From Pseudomonadota bacterium (GTDB taxonomy: Bacteria > Bdellovibrionota_B > Oligoflexia > Oligoflexales > CAIYRB01), in the NCBI GenBank assembly GCA_031416315.1, contig JANOTL010000176.1, forward strand, positions 1 through 32,456: a stretch of DNA of 32,456 nucleotides, written 5' to 3'. Made by a program: the position numbers and the translations under genes. Each line of letters starts with the position of its first letter. Position 1 is the stretch's first letter. This document shows positions 17,213 through 26,962 of this stretch, one piece after another. A model generated the notes under the pieces. That model was given only the letters and a program-made list of their open reading frames with translations, did not search any database and had not been told where the DNA came from.

Positions 17213-17677
17213 ATGGCCTCCAAGATCGGCATCGCTTCCGACCACGCCGGCAAGGAACTGAAGCAGCTCATCGCCGATTTCGTGCGCCTGAAGAACTTGG
17301 AAGTCATCGACTACGGCGTCTCGGTCGACACCGACAAATCCGTGGATTACCCGGACTACGCGGCGATCTTGGCGTCCGACGTCTCCTCCGGCAAGCTCGA
17401 CCGCGGCGTCCTGATCTGCGGCACGGGCTTGGGGATGTGCATCACCGCCAACAAATTCGCCGGCGTCCGCGCCGCGTCGGTTTGGGACGAGTTCACGGCT
17501 CGCATGTCGCGCGCGCACAACGACGTGAACATCATCTGCCTCGGCGCCCGCGTCCTTAATCATCATCGCGCCGCCGAGCTGGTCAACATCTGGATCGACA
17601 CGCCGTTCGAAGGCAACCGCCACAAGACCCGCCTCGACAAGATCCGCGAGATCGAGAAGAAGCAGCTCAAAAAGTAA
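17213..17677 (+). CDS. rpiB: Ribose-5-phosphate isomerase B
   Basis: ASDHAG, DYPD, CGTGLG, ANK..GVRAA, HND.N...LGAR, FEG.RH..R motifs. Confidence 0.96.
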   Translation: MASKIGIASDHAGKELKQLIADFVRLKNLEVIDYGVSVDTDKSVDYPDYAAILASDVSSGKLDRGVLICGTGLGMCITANKFAGVRAASVWDEFTARMSRAHNDVNIICLGARVLNHHRAAELVNIWIDTPFEGNRHKTRLDKIREIEKKQLKK

Positions 17678-17687
17678 CGGGGGACGC

Positions 17688-18950
17688 GTGCAGAAGCCTT
17701 GGCAGTCTTTGGCGACCTTGGACCCAGAGATCCATCGCCTCATCGAGGCCGAGCTGCATCGCCAGCAAGAAGGCCTCGAGCTCATCGCCTCGGAGAACTT
17801 CGCCTCCGCCGCCGTCGTCACGGCGATGGGCAACGTCCTGACCAACAAGTACGCTGAAGGACTGCCCGCCAAGCGCTACTACGGTGGCTGCGAGATCGTC
17901 GACCAGGTCGAGACGATCGCGATCGAGCGCGTGAAGAAGGTCTTCGGCGCCAACTTCGCCAACGTGCAGCCGCATTCCGGCGCGCAGGCGAACGCCGCGG
18001 TCTACCTCGCCCTCTTGAAGCCCGGCGAGCGCGTCCTCGGCCTCGACCTCTCGCACGGCGGTCACCTGACCCACGGCTCGAAGGTCAACTTCTCCGGCAT
18101 CCTCTACGAGTCCCATTTCTACAAGCTCGACCCGAAAACCGAGCTGATCGACATGGTAGACGTGCGCACGAAGGCGAAAGAGCTGCGCCCGCGCATGATC
18201 GTCGCCGGCGCCAGCGCCTACCCGCGCGCCATCGACTTCGCAGCTTTCCGCGCCATCGCGGACGAGGTCGGAGCCTACCTCTTCGTCGACATGGCCCATA
18301 TCGCCGGCCTCGTGGCGGCCGGCCTCCACGCCAGCCCGATGGCGCACGCGCACGTCGTCACTTCGACCACCCACAAGACGCTGCGCGGTCCGCGCGGCGG
18401 CGTCATCCTGTGGAACGACGATGGCCTGACGAAAGAGCTGAACAAGGCCGTCTTCCCGGGCATCCAGGGCGGCCCCCTCGAGCACATCATCGCGGCGAAA
18501 GCCGTCTGCTTCTTGGAAGCGCTGCAGCCCTCCTTCAAAGAGTATCAGCTCGAGGTCGTCCGCAACGCCGAGCACCTCGCAAAGAAGCTGAAGGAAAGCG
18601 GTTTCGCGCTCGTTTCCGGCGGCACCGACAACCACCTGATGCTGCTCGACCTAGGCAACACCGACGTCAGCGGCAAGCAGCTCGAAGACGCGTTGGGCAA
18701 GATCGCCATCACCGTGAACAAGAACACGGTGCCGAACGAGAAGCGCAGCCCCTTCGTCACCAGCGGCATCCGCATCGGCACGCCGGCCGTCACGACGCGC
18801 GGCATGCGCCGCCCGGAGATGGAGCAGATCGCAGGTTGGGTGCGCGGCGCGTTCACGCATCTCGGCGACGAAGCCAAGCTCAAGACTTTGCGCGGCGAGG
18901 TCATGGCCATGGCCAAGCGCTTCCCGCTCTATCCCGAACTTCAGAACTGA
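17688..18950 (+). CDS. glyA: Serine hydroxymethyltransferase
   Basis: [30 protein letters not shown]-lysine motif [12 protein letters not shown]. Confidence 0.98.
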   Translation: MQKPWQSLATLDPEIHRLIEAELHRQQEGLELIASENFASAAVVTAMGNVLTNKYAEGLPAKRYYGGCEIVDQVETIAIERVKKVFGANFANVQPHSGAQANAAVYLALLKPGERVLGLDLSHGGHLTHGSKVNFSGILYESHFYKLDPKTELIDMVDVRTKAKELRPRMIVAGASAYPRAIDFAAFRAIADEVGAYLFVDMAHIAGLVAAGLHASPMAHAHVVTSTTHKTLRGPRGGVILWNDDGLTKELNKAVFPGIQGGPLEHIIAAKAVCFLEALQPSFKEYQLEVVRNAEHLAKKLKESGFALVSGGTDNHLMLLDLGNTDVSGKQLEDALGKIAITVNKNTVPNEKRSPFVTSGIRIGTPAVTTRGMRRPEMEQIAGWVRGAFTHLGDEAKLKTLRGEVMAMAKRFPLYPELQN

Positions 18951-18963
18951 CGGAGTTCGCTCG

Positions 18964-19419
18964 GTGCGTTGTCCCAAGTGCAGTCACGACGACACGAAGG
19001 TGCTGGAAAGCCGGTTGAGCCATGAAGGCCGCGCCGTCCGCCGCCGCCGTAGCTGCATCGCCTGCAACCACCGCTTCACGACCTACGAGAAGGAAGAAGA
19101 GTTCGTCTTCTCCGTCGTGAAGAAGGACGGCCGCATCGAGGCCTACAACCGCGAGAAGGTGATGCACTCCGTCGCCGTCGCCTGCCAGAAGCGTCCGATC
19201 ACCTACGAGCAGCAAGAAGTCCTCGTCATCGGTTTGGAGAAATCCATCCAGGAGACCGGCGAGCGCACCGTCCCGACCTCGAAAATCGGCGATCTCGTGA
19301 TGCGCGCCCTGCACGAGATCGACAAGGTCGCCTACGTCCGCTTCGCCTCGGTCTACAAGGACTTCCAGGACCCGAGCGAGTTCATGTCGGAAATCCAGTC
19401 GCTGTCGCCTTCGCCCTGA
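18964..19419 (+). CDS. nrdR: Transcriptional repressor NrdR
   Basis: CPKC...RRRRSC..C..RFTTYE zinc ribbon; VVKKDG ATP cone; VAYVRFASVY. Confidence 0.97.
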   Translation: MRCPKCSHDDTKVLESRLSHEGRAVRRRRSCIACNHRFTTYEKEEEFVFSVVKKDGRIEAYNREKVMHSVAVACQKRPITYEQQEVLVIGLEKSIQETGERTVPTSKIGDLVMRALHEIDKVAYVRFASVYKDFQDPSEFMSEIQSLSPSP

Positions 19420-20021
19420 TGTTCACCGGACTCGTCGAGCGCACCGGCAAGATCGTGTCTCTGAACACTTCGGACACCATCACTCAGCTCATCGTCGATG
19501 CCGGGAAGAATTACGAGACGAAGGTCGGCGACAGCGTCTCGGTGAACGGCTGCTGCCTTACCGTTACGAGCAACAAAGTGCAGATGCTCGCCTTCGACCT
19601 CTCGAGCGAGACCCTGGGTCGCACCAGCCTGGGGCGCGCCGTCGAAGGCAGCGAGGTCAACCTCGAGCGCGCCATGAAGCTCGGCGACCGCCTCGGCGGC
19701 CACATGGTCTCGGGCCACATCGACGGCTTGGGCCGCGTCGACCGCATCCTTCGCAAGACTGACGGGTGGGAGCTCAAGGTTTTCCTGCCGCGCGACCTAC
19801 GCCGCTACGTGATCGCCAAGGGCTCGATCTGCCTCGACGGCGTGAGCCTCACCGTGAATACGGTCGAGGACGAGGACGAAGGCTCGATCATCGGCTTAAT
19901 GTTGATCCCGACCACCGTCAGCCTCACGGCGATGAAGCACCTGAGCGAGGGGCAGGCGATCGCCGTTGAGGTCGATCTCGTCGGCAAGTATGTCGAGCGC
20001 TTGGTCGGACCGCGCGCGTGA
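19419..20021 (+). CDS. ribE: Riboflavin synthase (alpha chain; ribC in E. coli nomenclature)
   Basis: MFTG N-terminus, GDSVSVNGCCLTV, VNLERA, GGHMVSGHID, KGSICLDGVSLTV. Confidence 0.96.
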   Translation: MFTGLVERTGKIVSLNTSDTITQLIVDAGKNYETKVGDSVSVNGCCLTVTSNKVQMLAFDLSSETLGRTSLGRAVEGSEVNLERAMKLGDRLGGHMVSGHIDGLGRVDRILRKTDGWELKVFLPRDLRRYVIAKGSICLDGVSLTVNTVEDEDEGSIIGLMLIPTTVSLTAMKHLSEGQAIAVEVDLVGKYVERLVGPRA

Positions 20022-20785
20022 TCGCCCGGTACCTACGCGCGCTGCGCGTGCCCCAGCAGGAGCCAACGCGCGAGTACCTCGAGACCTTGATCCGCGCGCA
20101 GCAGACCCATTTTCCCTATGAGAGCTTGTCGAAGCTCTACTGGATCAAGGCCGGCGTGCGCGGCGTTCCGCCCTTGGAGGCGTTCCTGGAAGGCCAGGAG
20201 CAGTTCGGATTCGGCGGTCTCTGCTTCATGCAGAATGGCCACTTCACGGCCCTCCTCGCGGGCCTCGGCTTCAAAGCCGAACTCGTCGGAGTCACTTCGA
20301 ACGGCGACGTCGACGCGCACGCGAGTTGCAGGGTCCTCCTTGACGGCGTCGCGTACCACGTCGACCTCGGCCTGCTTTCCACGTTCACCGGACCGTTCTC
20401 ACTCGCCGGCGGCGCGCACGAAAAAGACGAGTCCTACCGCCAGTGGCGCTTCACGCCGCATGCCGATTGCCACACCTACACCTGCGAGATGCGCCGTGAC
20501 GGCGTCGCGCGCCGCAGTTTCGTCGCCAAGGCGCCGGCGCGCACGCTCGCAAGCTTCGACGAAGCTTACGCACATTCCTCGCGCCCCGACGCGCTGTTCG
20601 TGAAGAACGTCTGCGTCTTCAAAGTCGAGCGACGCGTAGAAACGACGATATGGAACGACGAGCAGCACGTCGTTTGGCCCGGCGGCGCACGGACCCGAAA
20701 GATCACCGGCATCGGGGAATTCAGACTGGCTCTGAGGGAAATTGGTCTAACATATCAATATGTTGACCACCCCCAGTTCGGCTGA
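20018..20785 (+). CDS. Arylamine N-acetyltransferase family protein
   Basis: FPYESL, GGLCF.QN (catalytic Cys), DAHAS (His), VDLG (Asp); GTGA overlap with ribE. Confidence 0.85.
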   Translation: MIARYLRALRVPQQEPTREYLETLIRAQQTHFPYESLSKLYWIKAGVRGVPPLEAFLEGQEQFGFGGLCFMQNGHFTALLAGLGFKAELVGVTSNGDVDAHASCRVLLDGVAYHVDLGLLSTFTGPFSLAGGAHEKDESYRQWRFTPHADCHTYTCEMRRDGVARRSFVAKAPARTLASFDEAYAHSSRPDALFVKNVCVFKVERRVETTIWNDEQHVVWPGGARTRKITGIGEFRLALREIGLTYQYVDHPQFG

Positions 20786-21143
20786 GTAACCTGCCGAAAA
20801 CTATGTATGCTCCAAAAGAACGAGACACTCGATGAGAACGAGCGCGCTTTCCTGCGCCGCTACGAAGACCAGAGCCTGCTCGTCGCTTGAAGCGCGGCTG
20901 AAGCTCAGGTCTCGATCACCAGACTGCAGCTGGCCTTCGCGCCGGGATAAACCACGCGGCTGCAACGGATGAGTGCAGCATTGGTATCGGCCCGACGGTG
21001 TCGAAGGCGCGAGGCGCGTTTTGCCATTCGTTGGACCTCTTCACCCACCAAGTTTGACCCACTTTTCGCTACTGCCGGCCTCGACCTCCGCGACCGGCAA
21101 CTCCTGCCCATTAAGTTCCAGGCAAAGCATCCGATTCCGAGCA

Positions 21144-23201
21144 ATGCTTCGCCTCGACCATATTAAGCAAGCTTGGCGATCGGCCGGCGCCCGCATGAAG
21201 CCATTTCGTCATCGGCTCGCCATCGCCGCGGTCGTCTTGGGGGTATGGGCGATGCAGGCGTCGCCGGCCGGACGCGCGCTAGAGATTCAGGTTTCGCACC
21301 GGCTTTCGTTTTGGCTACGGGAGCTCATCCGGCCGTCGCAGCTCGATCCCCGCATCAAAATCTTTCTGCTCGACGATCGTAGCGCCGCCGCGCTGCAATC
21401 GACGGACCTGGCCCTCGCCGATTGGGCTTCGGTGTTCACGGCATTGGACGATCGCAGACCGAGCCGGATCTTCGTCGACAAGCTGTTCGACAAGCCTTTC
21501 ACCGGCGCTGAGCTGGCAAGCTTTCGCGAGGCTTCGCGCAGTTGGACGACACCGATCGGAGTCATCAGCTTCGCATCGACGCAGGCAATCGCCCTGCGGA
21601 CCGAGATGCAGCTCGATCGTCCTGAATTTGCCTTTCCCGCTCCCGCCCTCTTACCAGGACCGATCTCCAAGCTTTACGGAGCCGGCCCGGAGCTGGCGAG
21701 CGCATTCGCCATCATCGGGCACGCGATGTACTCGGGCGACGGGTTCGTCCCAGCGCTCGTGCCGATGGCGCCGGAAAAAGCGGTGCCGCACCTTGGCTTG
21801 CTGACGGCCACAAGCTTGGCGATACGAGGCGGCGAGCTTTTCGCCGACCAAACCAAGGTGCCCCGCGACCGCGAGGGTCGGTTGCAGGTCGACTTTGGAC
21901 CGAGTGAGCTCTATCTGAAGCGTGCCTTTCCCATCCTGCCCCTCGTCCAGGTAGCGCGCGCGAAGCAGGCGCTCCCGGTCGTCGATCCAGGCGATTACGT
22001 CCTGATCCTGCCCGCGATGTACACGGGCAACACCGACTGGCGCGAGACTCCGTTCGGCTCGATGCCCGGAGGCTTCATTCTCGCGGCACTGATCGACGAT
22101 GTCTTGCGCGGGGATTGGCTGACGCCGATCGAAGACGGAGGCGTTGGCATCGTCGTCTTCGGCGTGCTGGCGACTTTTCTCGCCGAGGCGCTGACTACGA
22201 CGGGAATCTGGATCATGGTCGCAGGCTTCGCGCTCGGCATTCCATTCCTAGCCTTGAGCTGCTTCGTAGGAGTCGGCTGGGTCGTGCCGTGGATTCTGCC
22301 GACGGCCGTCGTGCCACTCGTCTCGGCGATCGTACTGCGTCGACGCATGAGCGACGCCCAGCGCGAGCAGCAGCGTCTAGCCGCGGAGCTCGAGACGGCG
22401 AACCTAGTTCAGACCTCGTTTTTCCCGATCCGCGCGCCTAATGCTAGGGTGATGGCCATTGCCGGCGAGGTGCTTCCGGCGACCGAATGTGGTGGCGACT
22501 GGTGGGGGCATTTTTCGCCGGCCCCGGGCAAAGACGCCGTGATCATAGCCGACGCCACAGGCCACGGCGTCTCCGCAGCGCTCGTGACGGCCATGGCCTT
22601 TGCCGCATCTGAAACCCTCGATGCAGCCGCGAAGACCTGGGGCGTGCACACGCTGACGCCGAACGCCATTCTTACCTTCTTCGATCGCGCCATGTCGGCT
22701 ATGACCGGGAAGAAAGGTACGATGACCTGCTTCGTGTGCATCTTGGACGCGGGAAACCGCGTCATGAGCTATGCGTCTGCCGGCCACAATCCGCCGCTCC
22801 TTGTACCTCGCGCTGCCGACGATGCCCGCATCGGCAAGCGGCGCCACGCCTTTCTTACCTTGAACAGCGCCGGCGGCTCGCTGATAGGGATGGGCAGCGG
22901 CGCGCATTTCGAGACCCAGGAAGTCGAGCTGCGGGCGGGCGATCGTCTCGTTCTTTACACGGACGGGCTGATCGAAAACCGCGGCGGCCCGAAGGGTCAA
23001 CCTTGGGGAAAAGCGCGCCTATACCGCAGCATCGATCATCACCGCGATCTGCCGTACCAGGAGTATCGCGCAAAAATTCTCGCCGAAGCCGCGGACTACT
23101 TTGGCTCGACCCCGCCGGACGACGACGTCACCCTCGTGATTCTCGAGTTGGCCGAGGTTGGACCGCAGGCCTTGGCGGAGCCCGAAAAACCCGACTTTTA
23201 A
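21144..23201 (+). CDS. CHASE2-like sensor / SpoIIE (PP2C) phosphatase membrane protein
   Basis: N-terminal TM; periplasmic region with TPFG.MPG; three TM helices; coiled coil ELETA..VQ; PP2C motifs GGDWW, IADATGHG, SAGH, LYTDGL, DDVT. Start is 21144 or 21195. Confidence 0.88.
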   Translation: MLRLDHIKQAWRSAGARMKPFRHRLAIAAVVLGVWAMQASPAGRALEIQVSHRLSFWLRELIRPSQLDPRIKIFLLDDRSAAALQSTDLALADWASVFTALDDRRPSRIFVDKLFDKPFTGAELASFREASRSWTTPIGVISFASTQAIALRTEMQLDRPEFAFPAPALLPGPISKLYGAGPELASAFAIIGHAMYSGDGFVPALVPMAPEKAVPHLGLLTATSLAIRGGELFADQTKVPRDREGRLQVDFGPSELYLKRAFPILPLVQVARAKQALPVVDPGDYVLILPAMYTGNTDWRETPFGSMPGGFILAALIDDVLRGDWLTPIEDGGVGIVVFGVLATFLAEALTTTGIWIMVAGFALGIPFLALSCFVGVGWVVPWILPTAVVPLVSAIVLRRRMSDAQREQQRLAAELETANLVQTSFFPIRAPNARVMAIAGEVLPATECGGDWWGHFSPAPGKDAVIIADATGHGVSAALVTAMAFAASETLDAAAKTWGVHTLTPNAILTFFDRAMSAMTGKKGTMTCFVCILDAGNRVMSYASAGHNPPLLVPRAADDARIGKRRHAFLTLNSAGGSLIGMGSGAHFETQEVELRAGDRLVLYTDGLIENRGGPKGQPWGKARLYRSIDHHRDLPYQEYRAKILAEAADYFGSTPPDDDVTLVILELAEVGPQALAEPEKPDF

Positions 23202-23253
23202 GACCAGTAACCGGCTCAATTTAAACCGAAAATTCGCTGCAGTTGGTCTCAAC

Positions 23254-23280
23254 TAAGGTCACTAGCGCGGCAACCGATAG
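23254..23280 (+). promoter_or_regulatory. Putative sigma28-type promoter
   Basis: TAAG-N15-ACCGATAG, 10 nt before ATG 23291. Confidence 0.65.
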
Positions 23281-23290
23281 CGTTACTACT

Positions 23291-25414
23291 ATGAATGAAT
23301 CAAAAAATTCCAAGTTCCTGGCACTCTTAAGCACCGCTCTCTTGGCCGTCGGCTTGGCATCGTTGCCGGCGTGCAAGAGCGGAGTCGACAAACAAACGGG
23401 CGCCGCCGTCGTTCCGCTTGGAGCTTCCGAGCCAAGCGACGTCAAAGGTGAGCTCCCGACGGCCACCGTCGAAGCCGCCGGCGAGGCCCCCGCCAAAGCT
23501 TCTGCGGACACCGCACAGAAACCTGTCGCGATCTCCGCATTTACGCAGGGTGACGTCGCGGTCCCCGTGCAGATCGGCGGCACGAACCTCCTTCTCACCG
23601 CCGCGCCTGCCAACGAGGTCTTCTACGAGATCTTGCGAAGGAACGCCGGCGGTACGTGGACCTGGGCCGACCGCGCACCCGCGACCGTCGGCGCCAACGG
23701 CGCCGTGCGCGTGACCGTGCCTGTCGGCGTCTACGTGCGCTTCACATACGGCGACTTCACAACCGTCGCGCCGGCCGTATCCGCTACGCGATTGGGGTCG
23801 GGAAACATCGAGATCGCGGTGAACTTCGATCGCCAGTCGACCGTCGCCGCGAGCTTCTTCGACTTCTTGGTGAGCCTCGCCGCCCAGGTTCCCGAAATCG
23901 ATGCTGCCATCCAACAAACGCTCGTGCCGCTGAACGACGCCTACCGCCTGGCTTCCACGCATCCGACAGCCGAACAGATGAAGATCCTCAAGCAAAAATA
24001 CTTCGATGGCGCGTTGATCCTCATCCGCGGCATGCTGAAGCAGAGCCGTGAGCTCGCCGATGCGGCTGACCTCGGCGGCGCGTTTGACCGCTCCGATCCT
24101 GCCCTGTTCGCGGCGCTGGCCGCAGGTACTTACGACTCCATCGCCTTCTCGATCGACATCGGCTATCGCCAGCAGGAAAGCTTGGCAGGTGCCGGAGGAA
24201 CCGTGACGATCCGCGGCGCCTTTGAGATCGTCGTCTCGGCCGCGGCCAGCGACGTAGACCTGGCGGCAAGCCTCGAAAGCGTCCTCACCTCGGCGTTCAA
24301 GCTGATCTTGACGGGCCTCGGCGTCAGCGTCGACGCGCAGGCGACTCTCGTCGATAAATTCACGAAGGCTCTTGGCACCTCCGCCGCGGGCGGCGCGCTC
24401 GTTTCGTTACCGCCCAGGCCGGTCGCGCCCGCCGCCGGAGAAGCGCCGACCCCGCCTCTAGTTTCGATCGACGGTCAGCTTTTCAACGCCGACCGCGCGG
24501 CGGAGTCCACAAGCGTCACCGTACAAGCTTCCGCTACGACCGCGGAGTTTGACTTCGTCGGCGCGGCGGCCGCCTCGGATCCCGAACTGCCCTTGATCGT
24601 GTTCGTCGACGCGCCCTCCGGACCGAAAAGCCTGCCTGAGCCAGGCGAACCCGATCCGAGCGCCGACGCGCCGCCTCCGGACGGCGAGTTGCCGCCCGCG
24701 GACGGCGGGGGCGACGCCACCGCGCCCACCTTGCCGGTCGCGCCGAACCTCCCGACCGCGACCACGCATACTGCATCCATCTTGACCTGGACCTGGGGCG
24801 AGGCCGCCGATCCAGAGTCGGGGATCGCCCACTACGAAGTCAGCTTGCTCGATGCGGCGGGCAATCCCTTCGTCGACGAATTCGGCAATCTGCTCATGGA
24901 TAAGATGCAAACATTGTATCCGACGCCTGCGATGGCGGGCATGCCGCCCCCGCCGCCTCCGAGTGTGACTTTCTCGAGTCTATTGGCCGCGACGACCTAC
25001 AAATTGCGGGTCGTGGCATTCAACGGCGCCGGCTTGAGCACGGCGTATCCGGTCGCGAGCGCGATGACTAGCGCGCTCGGCGCCCCAAGGAATCTTTCGG
25101 TCGGCGCCGTAGCCCAGGCGGAAGGCGGCGGCTTCGATTTGACGTGGACCGCCGCGACCGGCGCCGACGACGGCACCGGTTACCGCATTCATTGGTCGAC
25201 GGTTTCCGGTGAGGAGCTGACGAGTGGCCAATTCGTCGACGTCCCGAGCGCTTCTCGCGGCACCGCCGAGCTGCCTTGGCGCATGTCGGTCTTCGACATG
25301 GATCCGTCCGCGACGTTCTACTTCAAGGTGACGTCGGTGCATTACCCGAGCGGCGCCGTGACGCTTCCGGTCGGCTCCGATGCCGCGACGGGATCCGGAC
25401 AGCTCCTGAACTGA
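23291..25414 (+). CDS. Lipoprotein with Pro-rich linker and two C-terminal fibronectin type III-like domains
   Basis: Lipobox ASLPA-C; D.TAPT..LTWTW.EAADPESGIAHYEV...L.AATTYKLRVVAFNGAG, then APRNL...LTWTA....GYRIHW...TFYFKVT. Confidence 0.8.
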   Translation: MNESKNSKFLALLSTALLAVGLASLPACKSGVDKQTGAAVVPLGASEPSDVKGELPTATVEAAGEAPAKASADTAQKPVAISAFTQGDVAVPVQIGGTNLLLTAAPANEVFYEILRRNAGGTWTWADRAPATVGANGAVRVTVPVGVYVRFTYGDFTTVAPAVSATRLGSGNIEIAVNFDRQSTVAASFFDFLVSLAAQVPEIDAAIQQTLVPLNDAYRLASTHPTAEQMKILKQKYFDGALILIRGMLKQSRELADAADLGGAFDRSDPALFAALAAGTYDSIAFSIDIGYRQQESLAGAGGTVTIRGAFEIVVSAAASDVDLAASLESVLTSAFKLILTGLGVSVDAQATLVDKFTKALGTSAAGGALVSLPPRPVAPAAGEAPTPPLVSIDGQLFNADRAAESTSVTVQASATTAEFDFVGAAAASDPELPLIVFVDAPSGPKSLPEPGEPDPSADAPPPDGELPPADGGGDATAPTLPVAPNLPTATTHTASILTWTWGEAADPESGIAHYEVSLLDAAGNPFVDEFGNLLMDKMQTLYPTPAMAGMPPPPPPSVTFSSLLAATTYKLRVVAFNGAGLSTAYPVASAMTSALGAPRNLSVGAVAQAEGGGFDLTWTAATGADDGTGYRIHWSTVSGEELTSGQFVDVPSASRGTAELPWRMSVFDMDPSATFYFKVTSVHYPSGAVTLPVGSDAATGSGQLLN

Positions 25415-25696
25415 CGCCTCAAAAGGCAGAAGAGCTTGTCTTCTCTGGTCGGCTTGCTTCGCGCTCAAGGCGCCAAAGCAAGGCGACGGCCTTATACGGC
25501 CGCCATCCGAAACCGATAGTCGCGACCCGCGGAGAAGCGAGACGACCGCGTGCGTCGACGGCCAGAACTACCGCCGGCTTGACCAAAAGCTCGACACTGT
25601 CGATTCCGTAGTCCAGAAGCCGATAGACGATTCAAGCGCTTACGCTCGCACCCAACTTGCAAGACTCGACGGTACTACCAGGTATCGGAGTCCCCC

Positions 25697-26857
25697 ATGC
25701 GTTTCGCCCTCTCGCCCAAGTCCGTTGTCATGATCTCGATCGCCACGATCCTCGCGTCGTGTGCCCGCGAGCATGACTCTGGCGGCTACGCCGATCTGAA
25801 GATCGACTCGGGCTGGTTCGTCGGCGAAGGCGGCGCGGGCGACCATACGATCCCGGGCGTCATGTGGCTCGGCAACTGCACCGCCACCGCGGTCTCCGAC
25901 AACACCCTCGTCACTGCCGGTCACTGCGTAAACCACGGCGCCGACGCCTCAGGCAAGCTCGCCCAGAAGATCTGTATCAAGTCGGGCACGATGGCGAAAG
26001 ACAAGTGCTCCGACGCCCTTTACGTCCCGTCGCGCTGGGACAACGGCGAGCTCTTCCGCCAAGACGTTGCCGTCGCCATTTTCCCGCGCGGCACCTTTAC
26101 CCGCTACTTCGAAGTCAACGACAAGGAGATCTCCATCGGCGAGCAGATTCTCCTCGTTGGCTACTCTGACCACAACAACGCCACGCCGAGCAAAGGCTCG
26201 AAGCGCTGGGGCTACAACAAGGTTTCCTCCTTCGAAGAAGAGACCGTGATCATCAGCGAGCACGGCGGCACCGGAGCCAACGTCGCCGTCTCTCCGGGCG
26301 ACTCCGGCGGCCCCCTCTTCGACAAGCAGTGCAAGCTCACCGGCGTCGCTTCGCGCATGTCCGAGCAGGGCAGCAAGATCAGCCTGCACACCAACCTGGC
26401 CGACACCGACAATAACGCCTGGTTCAAGAGCCTACGCGAGAAGGGAGCCGAGTTCTGTGGCATGGCCGGCGCGAAGGCGGAGTTCTGCAAGGCCGAAGGC
26501 CGCGCCTCACCGAAGCAAGTGAGTAACGCCGCGGGCCAGCCGGAGTTTCCCTGCACGGAAACCGGCGCCCCTGCGAGCGGCGCGACCGTCGCCGATGCCT
26601 TCATGGCGCTCGACGCGAACGACGCGCTGCACGTCAGCCTGCCCGCGACCACCGACAAAGTCTGGATCTGCGCCGACAAAGATCTCGCCTCTTGCACCGC
26701 CGACGAGCACGGCACGAGCTTCGAGAAGACGATCGGCGAGCGCCGCATCTACAAGACCAAGGCCCTTGCGACCACGCTGAAGAAGCTGGTCGTCATCGCC
26801 CGCGACGCGAGCGGCAAAGAGCTGAGCCGATCGTCGGCGGATTTGACCGCGAAGTAA
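25697..26857 (+). CDS. Trypsin-like (S1) serine protease lipoprotein with C-terminal accessory domain
   Basis: GGAG RBS; ILAS-C lipobox; TAGHC, QDVAV, GDSGGP catalytic triad. Confidence 0.92.
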   Translation: MRFALSPKSVVMISIATILASCAREHDSGGYADLKIDSGWFVGEGGAGDHTIPGVMWLGNCTATAVSDNTLVTAGHCVNHGADASGKLAQKICIKSGTMAKDKCSDALYVPSRWDNGELFRQDVAVAIFPRGTFTRYFEVNDKEISIGEQILLVGYSDHNNATPSKGSKRWGYNKVSSFEEETVIISEHGGTGANVAVSPGDSGGPLFDKQCKLTGVASRMSEQGSKISLHTNLADTDNNAWFKSLREKGAEFCGMAGAKAEFCKAEGRASPKQVSNAAGQPEFPCTETGAPASGATVADAFMALDANDALHVSLPATTDKVWICADKDLASCTADEHGTSFEKTIGERRIYKTKALATTLKKLVVIARDASGKELSRSSADLTAK

Positions 26858-26962
26858 GGAACTCGAACCGCTTGCCGATTCCCGCAATTCTTGCGGATGC
26901 ACCAAGGCGACGACCGCCTTGGGGACATGGTACGGCGCGCGCCTCGAGAGTATCCTTTCTAG

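Noticed and set aside
20743..20768. Possible dif (XerCD) site
   Set aside because: The TATGTT arm resembles XerD, but the central spacing is 4 nt shorter than the 11-6-11 layout.
26882..26896. Hairpin CCGCAA-TTC-TTGCGG after the trypsin gene as a terminator
   Set aside because: Short stem without a U-tract; cannot be supported as an intrinsic terminator.
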